Positions 12,401-25,953 of a stretch of 64,000 bases of DNA are shown here, piece after piece. A program made the translations under genes and the position numbers. Position 1 is the stretch's first letter. Every line of letters starts with the position of its first letter. Where the stretch lies: positions 24,428,001 to 24,492,000 of the forward strand of contig JAQFVV010000003.1 of the NCBI GenBank assembly GCA_028023455.1. Direction: 5' to 3'. The notes below the pieces were generated by a model, which ran no database searches, had not been told where the DNA came from, and saw only the letters and a list, made by a program, of their open reading frames with translations. The DNA is from Epiperipatus broadwayi. Lineage: Eukaryota > Animalia > Onychophora.

Positions 12401-14034
12401 CTATTAATTATCATGCTTTAATAAGATGGCACAGAAGACAGAATTTCCAGATAGGTGAAATAATACAAGAGTGAAGCTATTATTTAAAAAAAGAGTAAAG
12501 ACCATAGAAAGATAAATAATTATAGAACGGAATGCTGATGTTTTATAAAATTTGTACATATATAATAGCCGGAAGAGTAACAAAATGGATAGGCATATAG
12601 TAGATAGTTTATTTGTAGTCACATAGCCTAGAGAAATGAGTAGGAATGCAGGTAGGCAAAAATATATGATTTTTATAAATATAGAGAAGGAATATGATAA
12701 AGTAAATAGAAATAGATTAAGGATAAGTTTAATAAATTTGGGAATGGGTGGAGCTTTAGGTGAATCTTATTACAAGATTATATGAAAATAATTATATATA
12801 TATCAATTAGGAAATATAGAATCAGTTAAAAGTGAAATGGGATTAAGGCAAGAATGTCTTATGTCACCTATTTTGTTTTTAACAAAGGCAAAACTCCCCA
12901 TACAGTAGTGCCACCCTGTGCCAAACAGAGTAATCAATGGATTAATCACTGATGATGGCCATAGGGATTTTATGCACAAGCCTTCTGGCATTCATTGATT
13001 ACTCTGTTTGGCACAGGGTGGCACTACTGTATGGGGAGTTTTGCCTTTGTTTACAACAAATTATGTGCTAGTATAGAGATGATGATCATGTGCTATTTTG
13101 TTTTTGTTATATTTGAGAGAAATAGAAAAAGCAATAGAAAGATTAGGAAAGAGGGATAAGATACCATTTGTAGATGGTAAGGGAATGTATACATTATCAG
13201 ATCTTTTATTTGCTGATGGTATTTTCGTATGGACAGAAAGTCAGGAAGATATGGAAGTTCTGCTGAAGAATTGTGCAGGGGTAGATAAAAAGATGGGTAT
13301 CAAATTTAGTGAAGAAAAATCAAAAGTAATGATGGTCAATGCTGGGGAAAGAGAAGAGAACAAATTTTTCTTGAAGTATATTACGTGTGGTGAATAGGTA
13401 CAACTATTTGGGGATTGTCTTAATTAATAAAAGGAATTGCTGCAGAAATGTGAAAAAAAACTGATAAATGAAGCAAAGAAAAGAAAGGGATTGATAAAGA
13501 AATTAACACTGTTTTCATATAATAAATGTAATGTAGCAAAAATTTGTATGGAGGGAGGTGGCAGTAGCAGGGTTAACCTATTATAATGATATGTTAAGTG
13601 TTAGCAAAGGAATGTTAGATTACATAGAAAAAGTACAAAAAGAAGTAAAAAGACATCCATTAGATGCTGATGTGTGAATGGCAAAGGAGGAAATTCAAAA
13701 AGAAATGGGATAGTCAAGTTTTTATATGAGAGATGCAAAAAGTAAAATGAAAATGTTTGGTAGATTGCACTTTATGGATAGTAAAGAGAATAGTCAAAAT
13801 AGTATTTAAATGGGTCATGAATAAAGGACAGGCAATAAGATGGGTGAGAAAAGTGGTATGGTATGCAGAAGATTTGGATAAAGATTTTTTTATCAGTATA
13901 CTTGTACAAAAGGTGGGACAATTGTGTTAGGAGGATTATAGTGGCAACACGTGGGATAGAAGAATAGATGTATTAATAAAAAATAGGAAGCTGGAGAGAT
14001 GTTGACTAGTATGGAGAGTAAAAAGAGCTTATAT
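9420..14034 (+). mobile_element. Decayed, 3'-truncated LINE of CR1/L2/RTEX type: ORF1 with PHD finger and SGNH esterase, ORF2 with APE endonuclease and RT
   Basis: CDKIFHMKC PHD-like (~9900); LIGNSIIKG/VYFPGAKIRNV esterase (ORF 10255-10692); TIDYVL..SDHN endonuclease end (11474-11665); GLRQECLMSPILF and LLFADG RT motifs (12840-13220). Confidence 0.85.
12881..13092. mobile_element. Family A fold-back element, copy 2 (partial HHR), inserted in the LINE RT
   Basis: ~60-bp inverted arms, central CTGATGATGGCCA, terminus GATCATGTG; 13-bp TSD CTATTTTGTTTTT at 12868-12880 and 13093-13105. Confidence 0.9.
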
Positions 14035-14035
14035 A

Positions 14036-14927
14036 TATAATAATAATTAATAAAACAAGTCACAAATTGTCTAACTTGCCTTTAAGCTTGTGCTAAAATG
14101 TTCACTAGATGGAGCTTACCACTAGCTCCAAACAAGCTTTAATAATCAGTGCCAACAGAAAAAGAATTCAAAATCTCTATCATACTATCCTCATCTCCAA
14201 ACCAATTGTTTTTGAGCTTAATGGCTCACCTCAGAGAAGAGTTAGGATTTCAGAAACTATATCTAAAACTCCAACTCAGGGCACTTACTTTAATACGTTA
14301 CTATCAGTTTGAAAACTCTAGTTTTTCAGAAACGTAAATTACTTCAAATCAAGCCTTACATACCAGATAGCTATATGGGTCTGGACTCAGTTCAGTTTCA
14401 CCATATATTAATAGCTAAAGCAATATTACATTGCAAAAGCCTTCAAGGGTACACTTATAATAATCAATAAAACAAGTCACAAATTGTGCAACTTGCCTTC
14501 TAGTGAACATTTTCGCATAAGCTTAAAGGCAAGTTGCACAATTTGTGACTTGGTTTTATTAATTATTATAAATGTACCCTTGAAGGCTTTTGTGATGTAA
14601 TATTGGTTTAGCTATTAATATATAGTAAAACTGAACTGAGTTCAGACCCATATAGCTATCTGTTTTGTAAGGCTGGATTTGAAGAAATTTACATTTCTGA
14701 AAAATTAGAGTTTTCAAACTGATAGTAACATATTAAATAAGTGCTCTGAGTTGGAGTTTTAGATCTAGTTTCTGAAATCCTAACTCTTGACTGAGGTGAG
14801 CCATTAAGCTCGAAACCAATTGGTCTGGAGATGAGGATAGTACGATAGAGATTTTGAATTCTTTCTCTGTTGGCACTTATTATTAAAGCTTGTTTGGAAC
14901 TAGTGGTAAGCTCCATCTAGTGAACAT
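14036..14927. mobile_element. Fold-back HHR element, family B (~417-nt permuted monomer plus inverted copy)
   Basis: 14098-~14500 is the reverse complement of ~14525-14927; AATAAAACAAGTCACAAATTGT repeats directly at 14049 and 14466 (period 417). Confidence 0.9.
14784..14831 (+). ncRNA. Type I hammerhead-like motif (family B) with variant core CUGAGGU
   Basis: CUCUUGA CUGAGGU GAGC CAUUAA GCUC GAAAC CAAUUG GUC UGGAGA; palindromic stem III ACCAAUUGGU; distal stem AUCCU/AGGAU. A more decayed mirror copy lies at 14194-14241 (-). Confidence 0.7.
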
Positions 14928-17639
14928 ATATATTGTACCAGTCGAAAAACCCACCACCTAAACTGCAAGTCGGATCCAAACTCAGCTGAACCAAGACTGA
15001 ATTCAAACCCAACTCAACAGCTCAGATTAGTAGAAATCTAAATCGACGGCACAGTGCTATGCGCCAAGAAACTAGCTCAATGGTTGGTGAGGATCAGAGA
15101 CCCCTGAACTGACATTAATATCTGATAATAAATGACTAAAATAATTTTAAATCGAATCATATGTATATGTTCGGGTTGCCAACACAGACAGCGAGTATTA
15201 ACATTAAAATAATTATGAAAGAATTAAGCACTAAGAAACCAAGTGTGTTTAGAAAATATTTAATAATAATAATTTGTTTTGTTTAAATTTTAAATAATGA
15301 TTATATTAATTACCTCTAGCCTTTAACAGAATTTATAATAATAATAAGAGTGGCGGTCCTTATTATATGCCAATGAATATTACGCAATATTTGAAAGTCT
15401 ATGTCTATGCCCCCAACAAGAAATAAAAGGCAGATAAAGGTATTCATTAGTAAAGGAATTTATTACTCTAATTTTATACAAAAGAATGTGATATTTATTT
15501 TCACATTCGCAAATCCATTCATGAAGAGCAAGATACGTATTTTAGGGCATAACTTTAATCTTTATTGGAAAACTTATTTAATTAAATATAACTGAGAATT
15601 TGTTTGACTTTAATTGAAATCACTTCATCACGAATTACGAGCATCAGAGCGGGCTTTACTGGAACAGAGAGGTAACGGTGCTGACGAATTATGAGCTATA
15701 AAATGAAATTGAAAGATAATAGCTAGTCGATGATCGAAGTCCTCTGGCGGCTTGCATCTGACAAGTCTTATGCCCTTTGACTAATATGAAAGGAGAGGAA
15801 GTGCTTTCTTCCTCGACAATTTAAAATAACAGAAATATTATCACCGACCAGCCTGACGGAGCGGAAGATTGCCCTACGTCAGCAACGTTCGAAGATGATG
15901 ACTTGATAGTCATCGTTTGAAAAATAAAACCCAATTATAGAATGCTCTACGTGATGACTTGATCAATTTAATCAAAGTCAAACGAGCTTTTAACGAAAAC
16001 TATTTTAAAGTATTTGTAACTCATATTAATTATGCCCCAATCATCGTGCCCTTCCTGAATCTTAATAGCGAGTAACAGAAATTTAAATTAGAATATATTT
16101 GATTCCTTTATCAGCCCTTTTGCAATAAAAACATTTTAAGATTATATTTGAATAAATAAATATTGGTGAATACAAAAAATAGCTGGGGCATAGATTAAAA
16201 ACAGAGCTAATAATTTATTATTAGCCAATTATAAAAATAACACACATTTAATAATTTCTTTTGACTCGATAATTGATAGAACGGTAAATCTAGTTCTAAT
16301 GGCGAGAATTACTATTAGAATTAATATATTATTATTTGCACAAGGCAAAGGAAACAAAGGAGATCATCGAGTCGAAAGATTATTGGCATATAATTAAAAA
16401 TAAATGACATTAATAAATCACACGATAAATATATATATATATAATATAGTAAATGAACCGCCATAGTAATGAAGGAAAGTTAAATTTAAAGACTAGAGAT
16501 TGAGAGAATTACTAATTTAAAAAGCATAAATAAAAGAGTTTTACAAAGATTATTACATTATAAATGAGAAGAGCTCTTAAAGGAAGTGTAAAGTAAAGTT
16601 CGGAACTGGCCAGAAAGTTTAAGGTTCATTATAAAAATATATATTACCCATTTCTTCCCGGCTGGATCCTTAGGTTACACGTCTGAGTTGGTAAAAAAAC
16701 ATAGGCATGCATTTAGTCGATTACTGGAACAGCATTTTAGTGGCTTTTCATAATTTTAGCAGCATGATTTGTCTGGAAAGAATTTAGCAGCTTCATTGAA
16801 GATTCTCTAAGGGCTTCAGGAACCGTAGCCAGATTCCTGATGTTCTAGCCCTTCACCATAATCGAAACACTATTTAAATTCATGATTTAAAATGCATAGA
16901 GTTTACTGCACTTCTCTACAACAAAGATGGCTTTTTTTCTTCTCCAAACTTTTCAGAGCTATATATATCTGTCCTCTGATGCCTTCAGGCTAGCGCTTCT
17001 TTCATTATCAATGTTTTTAGATTTACTGGTTGTTTTTAGATACATTCCTTCGATAAGGCTTTCAAACTCATTAACTTGAATTCATTTTCTAATTAGAAAA
17101 TGAATTCTTAAAATCAGAAAATGATTTTAATTAGGAAATCCTTATCTTTTTTTCTAATTAATAAAACTTTAACTGTTGTTTTTGGAAAGGGAAAATCTGA
17201 AAGCTTATCGAAAGAATGTAGCTTTTAATCAATAAAACTTTAACAAATTATTTAAAAATAAAATCAAACATTCCCGACGCAATGAAACTTTTAAACAATT
17301 ATATATATTTAAATATTTACAAATATATACGCACAATCCACGCAGTTATAATATATAAATTCATGAATAATTCTATCATGAATTTATTAATAGAATTGAT
17401 CAATTTAAATCTGAAACTAATTAATTTTAATACGCATTTATGAAATGTTATTCTTTATGGAAATTAGTGTGGATTGAACGTATAAAGCCCCATTGCATCG
17501 GATATTTAAGGTTAGTACTAGGGTTTGAAGTGTGCTTATGGCTAGATGTCATGAAGCTAGGATCGAACTCAGATCCGACTGCTTCAATATAGATATAGAA
17601 GTAAACAGAATATTGGCTGTGAGTTAATTTATGATAATA

Positions 17640-18110
17640 GTAATGAAAGTAGTCTACTATTTAAGGTTTGAAAAGGATCATTAGCAACAAGGGAATATAT
17701 ACATAAATGGAGAAATGTGGGAAATTTAGTCTGCAGATTATGTAAGTTAAGGCATGAAAAATATTAGATATTTGCTAATTGAATGTAAATGCTTACAAGC
17801 AAAAGGATATAAATAAAGAAATTGTGAGAAAATAAATGTAAACTAAATGATTATATAGAAAGTGGGTTATTAGTCTTTATGTTAAAGTTGGAAAAAAATA
17901 AAGGGAATCAAAGGTTATGGAGTGGACAAAAATGATTTTGTGGAAATGGATAGAGAAAAATATGGAAAAAACTTAGGATGGCGAATGGAAAGGGAAGATA
18001 AAGTGTCAAACAGGTTTTTCTTGGACGTATTGGTTCAGATTTTTGACTTTAATAAAGGAGTAACCATATCACATTATACTACAAAAAGAAATTTTAAATT
18101 CAAATTAAGT
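17640..18110 (+). mobile_element. LINE 3' fragment (C-terminal Cys motif and 3' UTR)
   Basis: C-x2-C...LLIEC-like remnant near 17730-17790; 17980-18080 is homologous to the LINE 3' end at 4080-4180 (-). Confidence 0.65.
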
Positions 18111-18140
18111 GCAGTTAGAAAAACTGAATAATGATATGGG

Positions 18141-18640
18141 GGGAGGGGTATTGATATTAGTTAATATTTTTAAATACTAGAGAGAGTTTTGCTTGTTTTA
18201 ATATAATTTATATTACATGTAATATAGTTAAGTAAGTAAGAATTATAGAATATATATATATTTATAACTATATTTTACAATAAAAGTAATTTAGTTAATA
18301 AGTTTAATTTATAAAAGCATATAGTAATATTTAGATAAATAATAAAAGATTATAAAAAAAATTAAATTCAAATTAGTTACAGTTAAAAAACTTGAATAGT
18401 AAGAAGCTGAAGGAGGGTATTGATATTAGTTAATATTTTTAAATATAAGTATAATTTATACAGTTGGAGTTTATATGAAATATAGTTAAGTAAGTAAGAA
18501 TTGTAGAATATTTATAAATACATTTTACAATAAAAATAATTTATAATAGTTAATAAGTTTAAGTTATAAAAATTACTAAATTTCAATTTAAAGTTCGTAT
18601 AATAATATTTAGATTAGTAATAAAAAATTAATAAATAAAT
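18141..18640. repeat. Tandem duplication of an AT-rich unit (period ~270 bp)
   Basis: GGAGGGTATTGATATTAGTTAATATTTTTAAATA...AAGTAAGTAAGAATT occurs at ~18143 and ~18412. Confidence 0.8.
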
Positions 18641-19107
18641 AATATTATCTGATATAAATAATGAATAAAAACTATAGTGCTTACCGATTTGACTTTTGCG
18701 ATATTTTATGATATAAATGTAATATAAATTTTTAGTATATTAGTGTATGGATATGATATATTTAAGAATAGATGTATTTCTGTATTTCCAGGAATATATA
18801 TATATACTAGCCAGATTTCATAAAAATAAAATAAAAACATCACAAATAAAATAAATGTAACTTTATTTTACTCATAAAGAAATATATGTGTAAACGAAAT
18901 AAACATTTTTTTTAAGGAGACAACTTCTAACAAAAACATGTTTGGCAGTGTATATATTACTTCTGTATAAACATTATTTGAAATAATTATAAATCTGCAT
19001 CTGATTAACCGAGCTTTAGCACACTATATTTACTCCATTTGCCACTGCTTTTCATGTGAGCTCTACATGCATAATTAACTTGCATAAAGTATTTGCATGA
19101 AGTATTT

Positions 19108-19213
19108 TTTTTTCATGTTATAGCATCGACCGGGACGCGAACCCACAACCGTCTGCAACTAACTACTTGCCTGCAAGGCGGCTGCGATGACCTCTCGGCT
19201 AACAACGCTTGAC
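19108..19213 (-). mobile_element. Short tRNA-derived SINE, copy 2
   Basis: Homologous to 808-914; poly(A) tail on the minus strand; 15-bp TSD TTGCATGAAGTATTT at 19093-19107 and 19214-19228. Confidence 0.85.
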
Positions 19214-19781
19214 TTGCATGAAGTATTTTAAGTTCAGTCCATGCTAATTTCTTGTAAATTTTTATGGAGTGAATAATAGAATAATTACGCAAGTGTTAAG
19301 CAGTAATTATTTTCCGTCATAAAACGTTATTTATATTAACAATAACACATACATCCGCACACCTTTATTTATATTATTCAATTTCATATACAATATATAT
19401 TTAACATATATATATATATTGAAGATGGAATTTGTTTTATGCATAAAAGAGGCATAATGTATGTATGAATAGTATAATTGATGAATATATATATATGGTA
19501 TATACAGAATAAAATAGTTAAGTTGTAGCTGTAAAGAAAGTTGCTGGGTAATCGAAACAGCAATGTTGATTTATTTTAATAAACTACGCATTTTAACAGT
19601 AATAAGGAAAGTAAATTTGTTTAATTTATTAGGAGTATATATATATTCACAATTTTTTAATTCCATGAAATTGATTGTAGTCATTATTTATATATTCCGT
19701 TAATCTGAAAGTGCATAATGTAAAGGTTTAGTGTAGTAATTTAGTTTAATATTATTCCTAGAGAGGTCGCAATAAATCAAA

Positions 19782-19859
19782 ATGGCAACTACCAAGATTT
19801 TACAAGAAGTTTGGAAGTTCATGTGTCAAAGTAAAGGTTTTGACCGAGTCTTATCCGAG
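19782..19859 (+). CDS. ACOT13: Acyl-CoA thioesterase 13 (THEM2), coding exon 1
   Basis: ATG at 19782 gives MATTKILQEVWKFMCQSKGFDRVLSE, followed by donor GAG|GTATTA (phase 0). It joins in frame to exon 2 and resembles the ACOT13 N-terminus (...FERVL). Confidence 0.85.
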
Positions 19860-22800
19860 GTATTACGCTTTTTTTTTCTTTCTTTTGACTTCTATATATA
19901 GTTTAACTCATTTGTTGGGATCAAATAATTTTTAAATTAGTTTGACGAACGTTTTTTTTTTTTTAAATTCAGAGTACAGTATGTATACATTTTTTTAAAA
20001 TATAAATTTCAGTATATTAAATTCAAAGCGATAATTTTTATTTAATATTAGAAAATATAATTTTTATAATGGTTTTTACCACTAAACTATGTTATTAAAT
20101 CGGAATGGTCAAGTCAAAAAGCTTGGCGCCATTCAGTACCCATGTAATAAAGCAAAGCTAAATGGTTTTAGTGAGAGTTAATTCAGAAAATGAATATTTT
20201 TTCCTATCTTTGTAATACTATATTTGTGGATGAATAATACACAACGAGCTTCTCATACGACTAGGTAGCCAATGCCTATGTCGGGATGGAGTGGGAACGG
20301 GGGCTTATTTGCGAGAAAGAAGTAATGTCGCTGGCAGGGTCCACTGATAATTTATAGTGAAGTGATATGCAGTTTGAAAAATAACTAATAAGCACTATCC
20401 CACCTAGAATACGTCCATTGCTTTCTAAGATATTGACTTATCAAAAGATAGACATTGTTTCCAGTACAAAATCTTTTCTGGCTTCGCCCATTAATCTATC
20501 TCTTCTTTTACTTTTTGATCTTAGTTTTCAGTTATTTAGGTTAGTATAGAGCTCCATTATATTATAATACTTTGCAATCAATTTTCGTACTTTATGCTTA
20601 GCAATTCTGACTTCAAACCCCCAGCCCCTTCGTGTAATTAAATATCAGTATGCAAGTATGCAAAATTTTAATATTGAGAAAACTTTGATTGAGACAAGTT
20701 TAGCAGGTTCTTAGTTATAATCTTACACAAGGTAATATAATAAACAATGAGTCATTTTGAAAGTGAATTTGGAGCAGAAGTTTTACTTAGTTAATAGTAT
20801 TATTGGCAGCTCCATTTAGGGATTCCCTTGTGACCACAGATATGGAAATCACTTAGAAAAAGTAGTCTAAAAATCACTTGCCTATTGTAAAATTTGTTTG
20901 ATTATTTATTTAAGTTGAAATAATTGCAATATCAGTATGGGTAGCAAAACAAGATACATTGATAGCAATAAAAATAAGCAATTTTAGTTTTGTTCTAAAT
21001 ATAGATACATGGGTTATGCATATTTTGTTTGACAAAGAATATACAAAACTTGAATATAGAAAAAGCATTTGTTAATAAAGAGTTGTCAAAATTTAAGATT
21101 ATCTTAGTAGATAGAGGAAATTTAACTGAATTGATAAGTGGCTACAAATTTTTTGAATACATATTGAAATGTCAAGATATATTAATCAAAAAAGTAATAG
21201 TATTAAGAATTGGTTTACGTAGTAATACTTATACTAATTTGATTAGTGCTTCTATTTTAATATTAAGATTCAGAAAATTCAGATAGTTGGATTATGTGAC
21301 TGTGTCAGTATCATTAAAAAATTATTTTTTGTATTGAAGACTTCATTTCACTAATTAATAAGAACAATAGCCCCACAGATTTGGGTGGCATTTGTAACAT
21401 AATAAAAATGATGTCCTGAAGTTGAATGCCATTTGTAACTGAATAAAAATATGGGTCATACTATATCCTTAATCATAGTCTAATTATTGATTACCATTTA
21501 CAACAGAATAAAAATATGAGCCAAGGAAGAACAATCCAAATTTATCAATGCCTGTGAATTGTAGTAACAGAATGAAATTAATAAACTAAACGAAAGTTAA
21601 TATCAATCTAACATTTAATTCAAAACAATGATAATATTTTTTGTAACATCATGAATTCAAATAACATTTAGAATGAATAGAACAAGCAAAATCATTATTT
21701 CAAACTACCCTAAAATATGAGCATTAGATAAAGCAACAAAACTAAATATCACTATTTTATAAATAACAGTATATGCCTATTATATAGATCCTTTATAATA
21801 GAATGAAAATAATGACAAAGAATTAGGCAGATAAACATATTCCTTATGAGTCAAAACACTTTATAATAATACAATCTTATACTAGAAGTTAAATGTTATT
21901 TATATTTAAATGCAATAATAATTTTAATATGCCCTACAAGTTTACAACATCAGTGATTTCTAACTAAATATTTAAGTCAATAATTGATTTCTAATTACAA
22001 CTAAATAAAATAAAAAATAATGCTATCACTATGCTTTTATTAATTAAGTCAATTATAATAAGATTAAATACTGTATAATAATACAAAATCAATTAACCTA
22101 GCATATCTCTCCACTTTCATCAACTCATAACACTGTAAAATAAAATGATCATATTAGATAACATTAAAATTTATAGTATTCAATCACATCAATATATAAA
22201 ATAAATGATAGATTTCTATTTGATGTTTATTCAAACACAATTGACAAATCATATTCATTTACTCTTCAGTTTAATAAAGCTAAGTTATTAAAACTTTAGA
22301 CTGTAATTGTCAAAGCATATGAAAGATTATTAGCATTTATTATAATCAAATATTAAAATTTAATATTGAAACTGAATTTACAATCAATATCAATGAACTG
22401 TAAATATAAGTAAAGTAAATCACTAATTTATAACAAAATATATTATTATTATCAGTTTTATAACTGAATAAAATTATGATTTTTATGGCTGTATACTGAT
22501 TTAATATAATATTCATTTTAATCAATAATGACTTAAAATACATGAACATTGTATTGCAACTACCTTTACTCATCTTCAACAATTATCATAGTTGTATCTT
22601 GAGCAATCATCAAATCAATTCATATATAATTTCTATCTAAATATAACTATTATTTGTTACTAACAAAATAAATACAATAAGCTTCTAATTACTTATTAAA
22701 TATTTAAGAATGTCAAATCAATTAATTTATTTCTATATAAAAATCTATTCTGATAATAAACGTTAAATTCAATACAAAAAAAATAATATAATTATACTCA

Positions 22801-23399
22801 CTTATCTACTATGTAGTTTGGGTTCTGAACTATTTTGTAACCGCTCCTAATGAATTGTGTGATATAATCAATTAATGTATATTGTCTTATCCAAATACAA
22901 TTAACTAATAAATTTGCATTGTAAAATTGAATGACAACCAAGCAAGTTTACTTGTTTTAAATTAATTCAAAATTTATTAATAAATAGATTTAAATCAAAA
23001 TCAAAAATGTATATATGTCAAATAAATACTTAAAATATATACATATGAACCAATTATGCTTTATGCAGTAGGTTTTCAATTGACATTAATTCTTTTAAAT
23101 TAAATAGGTGATTGTATATTGAACTTCGCCTAAATAATGCAAAAACTAAAAACGTATTTTTATATAACACAGACGCGATATAACACTTGCATTTTTCAAA
23201 ATATGAGTCAAGGAAGGACATTCTTAATATTCATATATAAATATAGTTAATGGAAATAAAAATATACTAAAGTTGAATCTACCTATTCGATCATGTTATT
23301 CTAAGAGAACAAAATAAAAATAAATATTTGAGATTAACTTGTAATCGAAGAATAAGATGAATATTTTTAAAAATTAAAATAATAATTACTAAGTTAGGA

Positions 23400-24500
23400 A
23401 ATAAATAAGGTTTTACTTTGACATATATAAATCTAAAAGTGCTTTGCACCCAGACAATGAAGCTTTAAATTTAATTGTATATTAAGCTAACACTTTCGGG
23501 AGATGCATACTCCCATATTCATAGCTGTATAGAGAGAAACGATGCAAAACGAAAGGTTAAAGAGGCTTGCTATATAGCAAGTGATCCTGCAGTAATTAAC
23601 CGAAAAGAAACTTGCTTCTTCATATCAAGAAAATGGACATTGTAAATTATGCACTCAAATTTACATATATTTGCATATCATATGCATTATAGATATTTTC
23701 TCATTACACGCCTAGCTATGAATATGTTAAAGCTTCATTGACTGTAAATCTCTTAAATTTAAATTATACTACTTTTATATCTTATACAATTATATGTGCA
23801 AAAAATTAGCAAATGAACTGATCAATTGTTCTTAGGTATGACATTTTCAAAATAGTACCATAGTTCAATTGTCTATTTCTTAAACTACGATCCAACTATG
23901 TTTTATTATTTCAGAAAAGGTAGAAACATCACAAAAAGCTATTAGATTCAAAGCACATTTTATTAATTCTGAAAATTTCCAAATATCCAAATTATTTTAT
24001 TTAGCAGGTATTTGATCTATGATATTATCAGTGTAGAAATACTAGTTTATATCCACAATGATGCAATGTAGATATCCTTTCATTTAGCATGCAATTAATT
24101 CATAAAACATAAGTGAACAGATGCTAGTTTCATCCATTTGCTATGGAAATTGAACCAATTTCTATCTTGTGTATAAATAATCCATCAAGCTCCTAAAATT
24201 ATATCAGCAGGTGAACATAAACTTTGTATACATTTTTCTGTTATCTCATCATTGAAAAGGAGATAAAATCCATTTTTTAAGCAAAGAAACATTCTGATGG
24301 TTTTTGAAAACTCTTAAGAATTAATTTTCATACTTTCAATAAATTGTCACTCTTCACAAATCCTCAATAAATTTGTTTGTGAATGGACAAACACTATTAT
24401 TTTTACCCCATCATTTAATCCATTTAATCATATACTTTTAAAAATAAATAATAAAAAATTACATGAAAGAATTTAGGTTCGCTTTTATTGAAGCCAAGAT
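23400..24500 (-). pseudogene. Highly decayed hAT transposase remnant
   Basis: Minus-strand F-P-*-Q-M-D-E-T-S near 24120-24150 resembles the hAT catalytic motif F(S/A)IQLDE(S/T)TD; the rest is too degenerate to align by eye. Confidence 0.35.
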
Positions 24501-25896
24501 AGAGAGAGATTGTTTAATCTGCTTAGTTCTCTTTATAAACTTTTTTAATTGATGTAAGAAAAACTATAGCAATGCTCTGTATTAACTCTTTGGTCAATTC
24601 TAGTCAGCGTCCCATAAATAAAAATCTTATTACATAAAATAATGACAAATAAAAATAAATATTTTATAATTTATTATACATAACATACAATATTTATGTT
24701 TTAAAATAAAAATAGTATCGTTTTATTCCAACATAAACTAAGCAATTAGGATTAAATTCTTTCATATTATAATGGAAATGTACATTTATTTTTCAATACA
24801 TTATACAAATAAAATAAGTATACTTGAGAAATTAAATATTTAAATGTATTATTTGTAACCTATTATTGTAAATGTAGTAACCAAAATATACATAATAAAG
24901 GAAAATAATAATTTTATCAAGATTATAAATTTTATTATTTACACATTCATTTTTAAAATGAATAAACTCATTTTTCTCAACTACAATTAGTAATAAACAT
25001 TTATTTTTCCAATATTATATGTTATTATAGCAACATAGTGCAAAGTAGTCTAGGTTAACATATTCACTATTAAAATCAAACCAAAAAACATTTTTTTTCT
25101 TTTTTATAATTGGCATTACACCACATATTGGAAGTTTATTTCAAGTTTCAGCAGGTACATTATATATATATTTGCAAAGAAATCAAGTCAAGCTATTGGA
25201 AAGCTCATTAGATAATATACGTATATTGTAATGGACCGTAGTCTGGCACAATTTCCAGACAGATGCTCAATGTATCAAAATGAAATGGCAAGAAATGGAA
25301 TAGTATTGACTGAGAATATGGGAGAAGGTCTACACTATACCTGACCAATATTTAAGCTTGTCTATAACAGTTGAGCTAAATTTTAAAATTTGGTCAAAAT
25401 ACAATTTAAAATGGCATACCCAGAGCCCTCTCAACTTACAGGTCCTGTTACGTCTCAGAGTTAAAACTCAGTGAAGAAATTTTCCTTCAACTCTCCTCAA
25501 GGTTGGATTTAAACAGGATGGCAATATTACGACCTCTATATAGGTCCCTAATCCTCACATACAAATATCATAAACATATGAAAGATGTGTACACATGTAC
25601 AATAGATATTCTGGTGAGTGAAGTATGAATGATGCTTGATGATCTAGAAACCAGAGAAACAAAGATTTTAACTTCAAACAACAAATATTTATTAACAAAA
25701 TCTGGGTTCCAAATTTTATAACTTAATAAAATATAAACATGAATATATGCCTTTGAGAATTCCATCATCAGATTTTCAATTGGATGGATGGTTGAAGAGT
25801 TGGAGTGTGGAGTAGATTGAAGCCTGTCCATCAAAGTATGAGGTTTGGCTATTAATATATATCTGAGCACTTATAGCATATATGTGTTGAGATGGT

Positions 25897-25953
25897 AATC
25901 TGGACCAACTGATGATTGCTGGTTTAGCATGAAATACGGTTATTGGTGATTAT
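25897..25953 (+). ncRNA. Type I hammerhead ribozyme (family D), copy 1
   Basis: UAAUC-UGG-ACCAA CUGAUGA U-UGCU GGUUU AGCA-U GAAA UACGGU UA UUGGU-GAUUA; stem III carries a mismatch. Confidence 0.7.

Noticed and set aside
14109-14916. Paired ORFs MELTTSSKQALIISANR... as small protein genes
   Set aside because: They are mirror readings of the family B inverted repeat on the strand antisense to the ribozyme, with no evidence of coding function. The same applies to the ORFs over family A copies.
14934-15114. 180-bp TG...CA segment as a solo LTR
   Set aside because: Flanks ATAT/TTAA give no TSD and there is no second copy in the window.
15680-15720. CTGACGA...GAAA hammerhead-like string
   Set aside because: No stem I partner and no UH cleavage site in register.
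19320-19400. GTATGT donor on the minus strand suggesting a divergent first exon at the ACOT13 promoter
   Set aside because: Only a 6-mer; no downstream minus-strand host exons could be identified.
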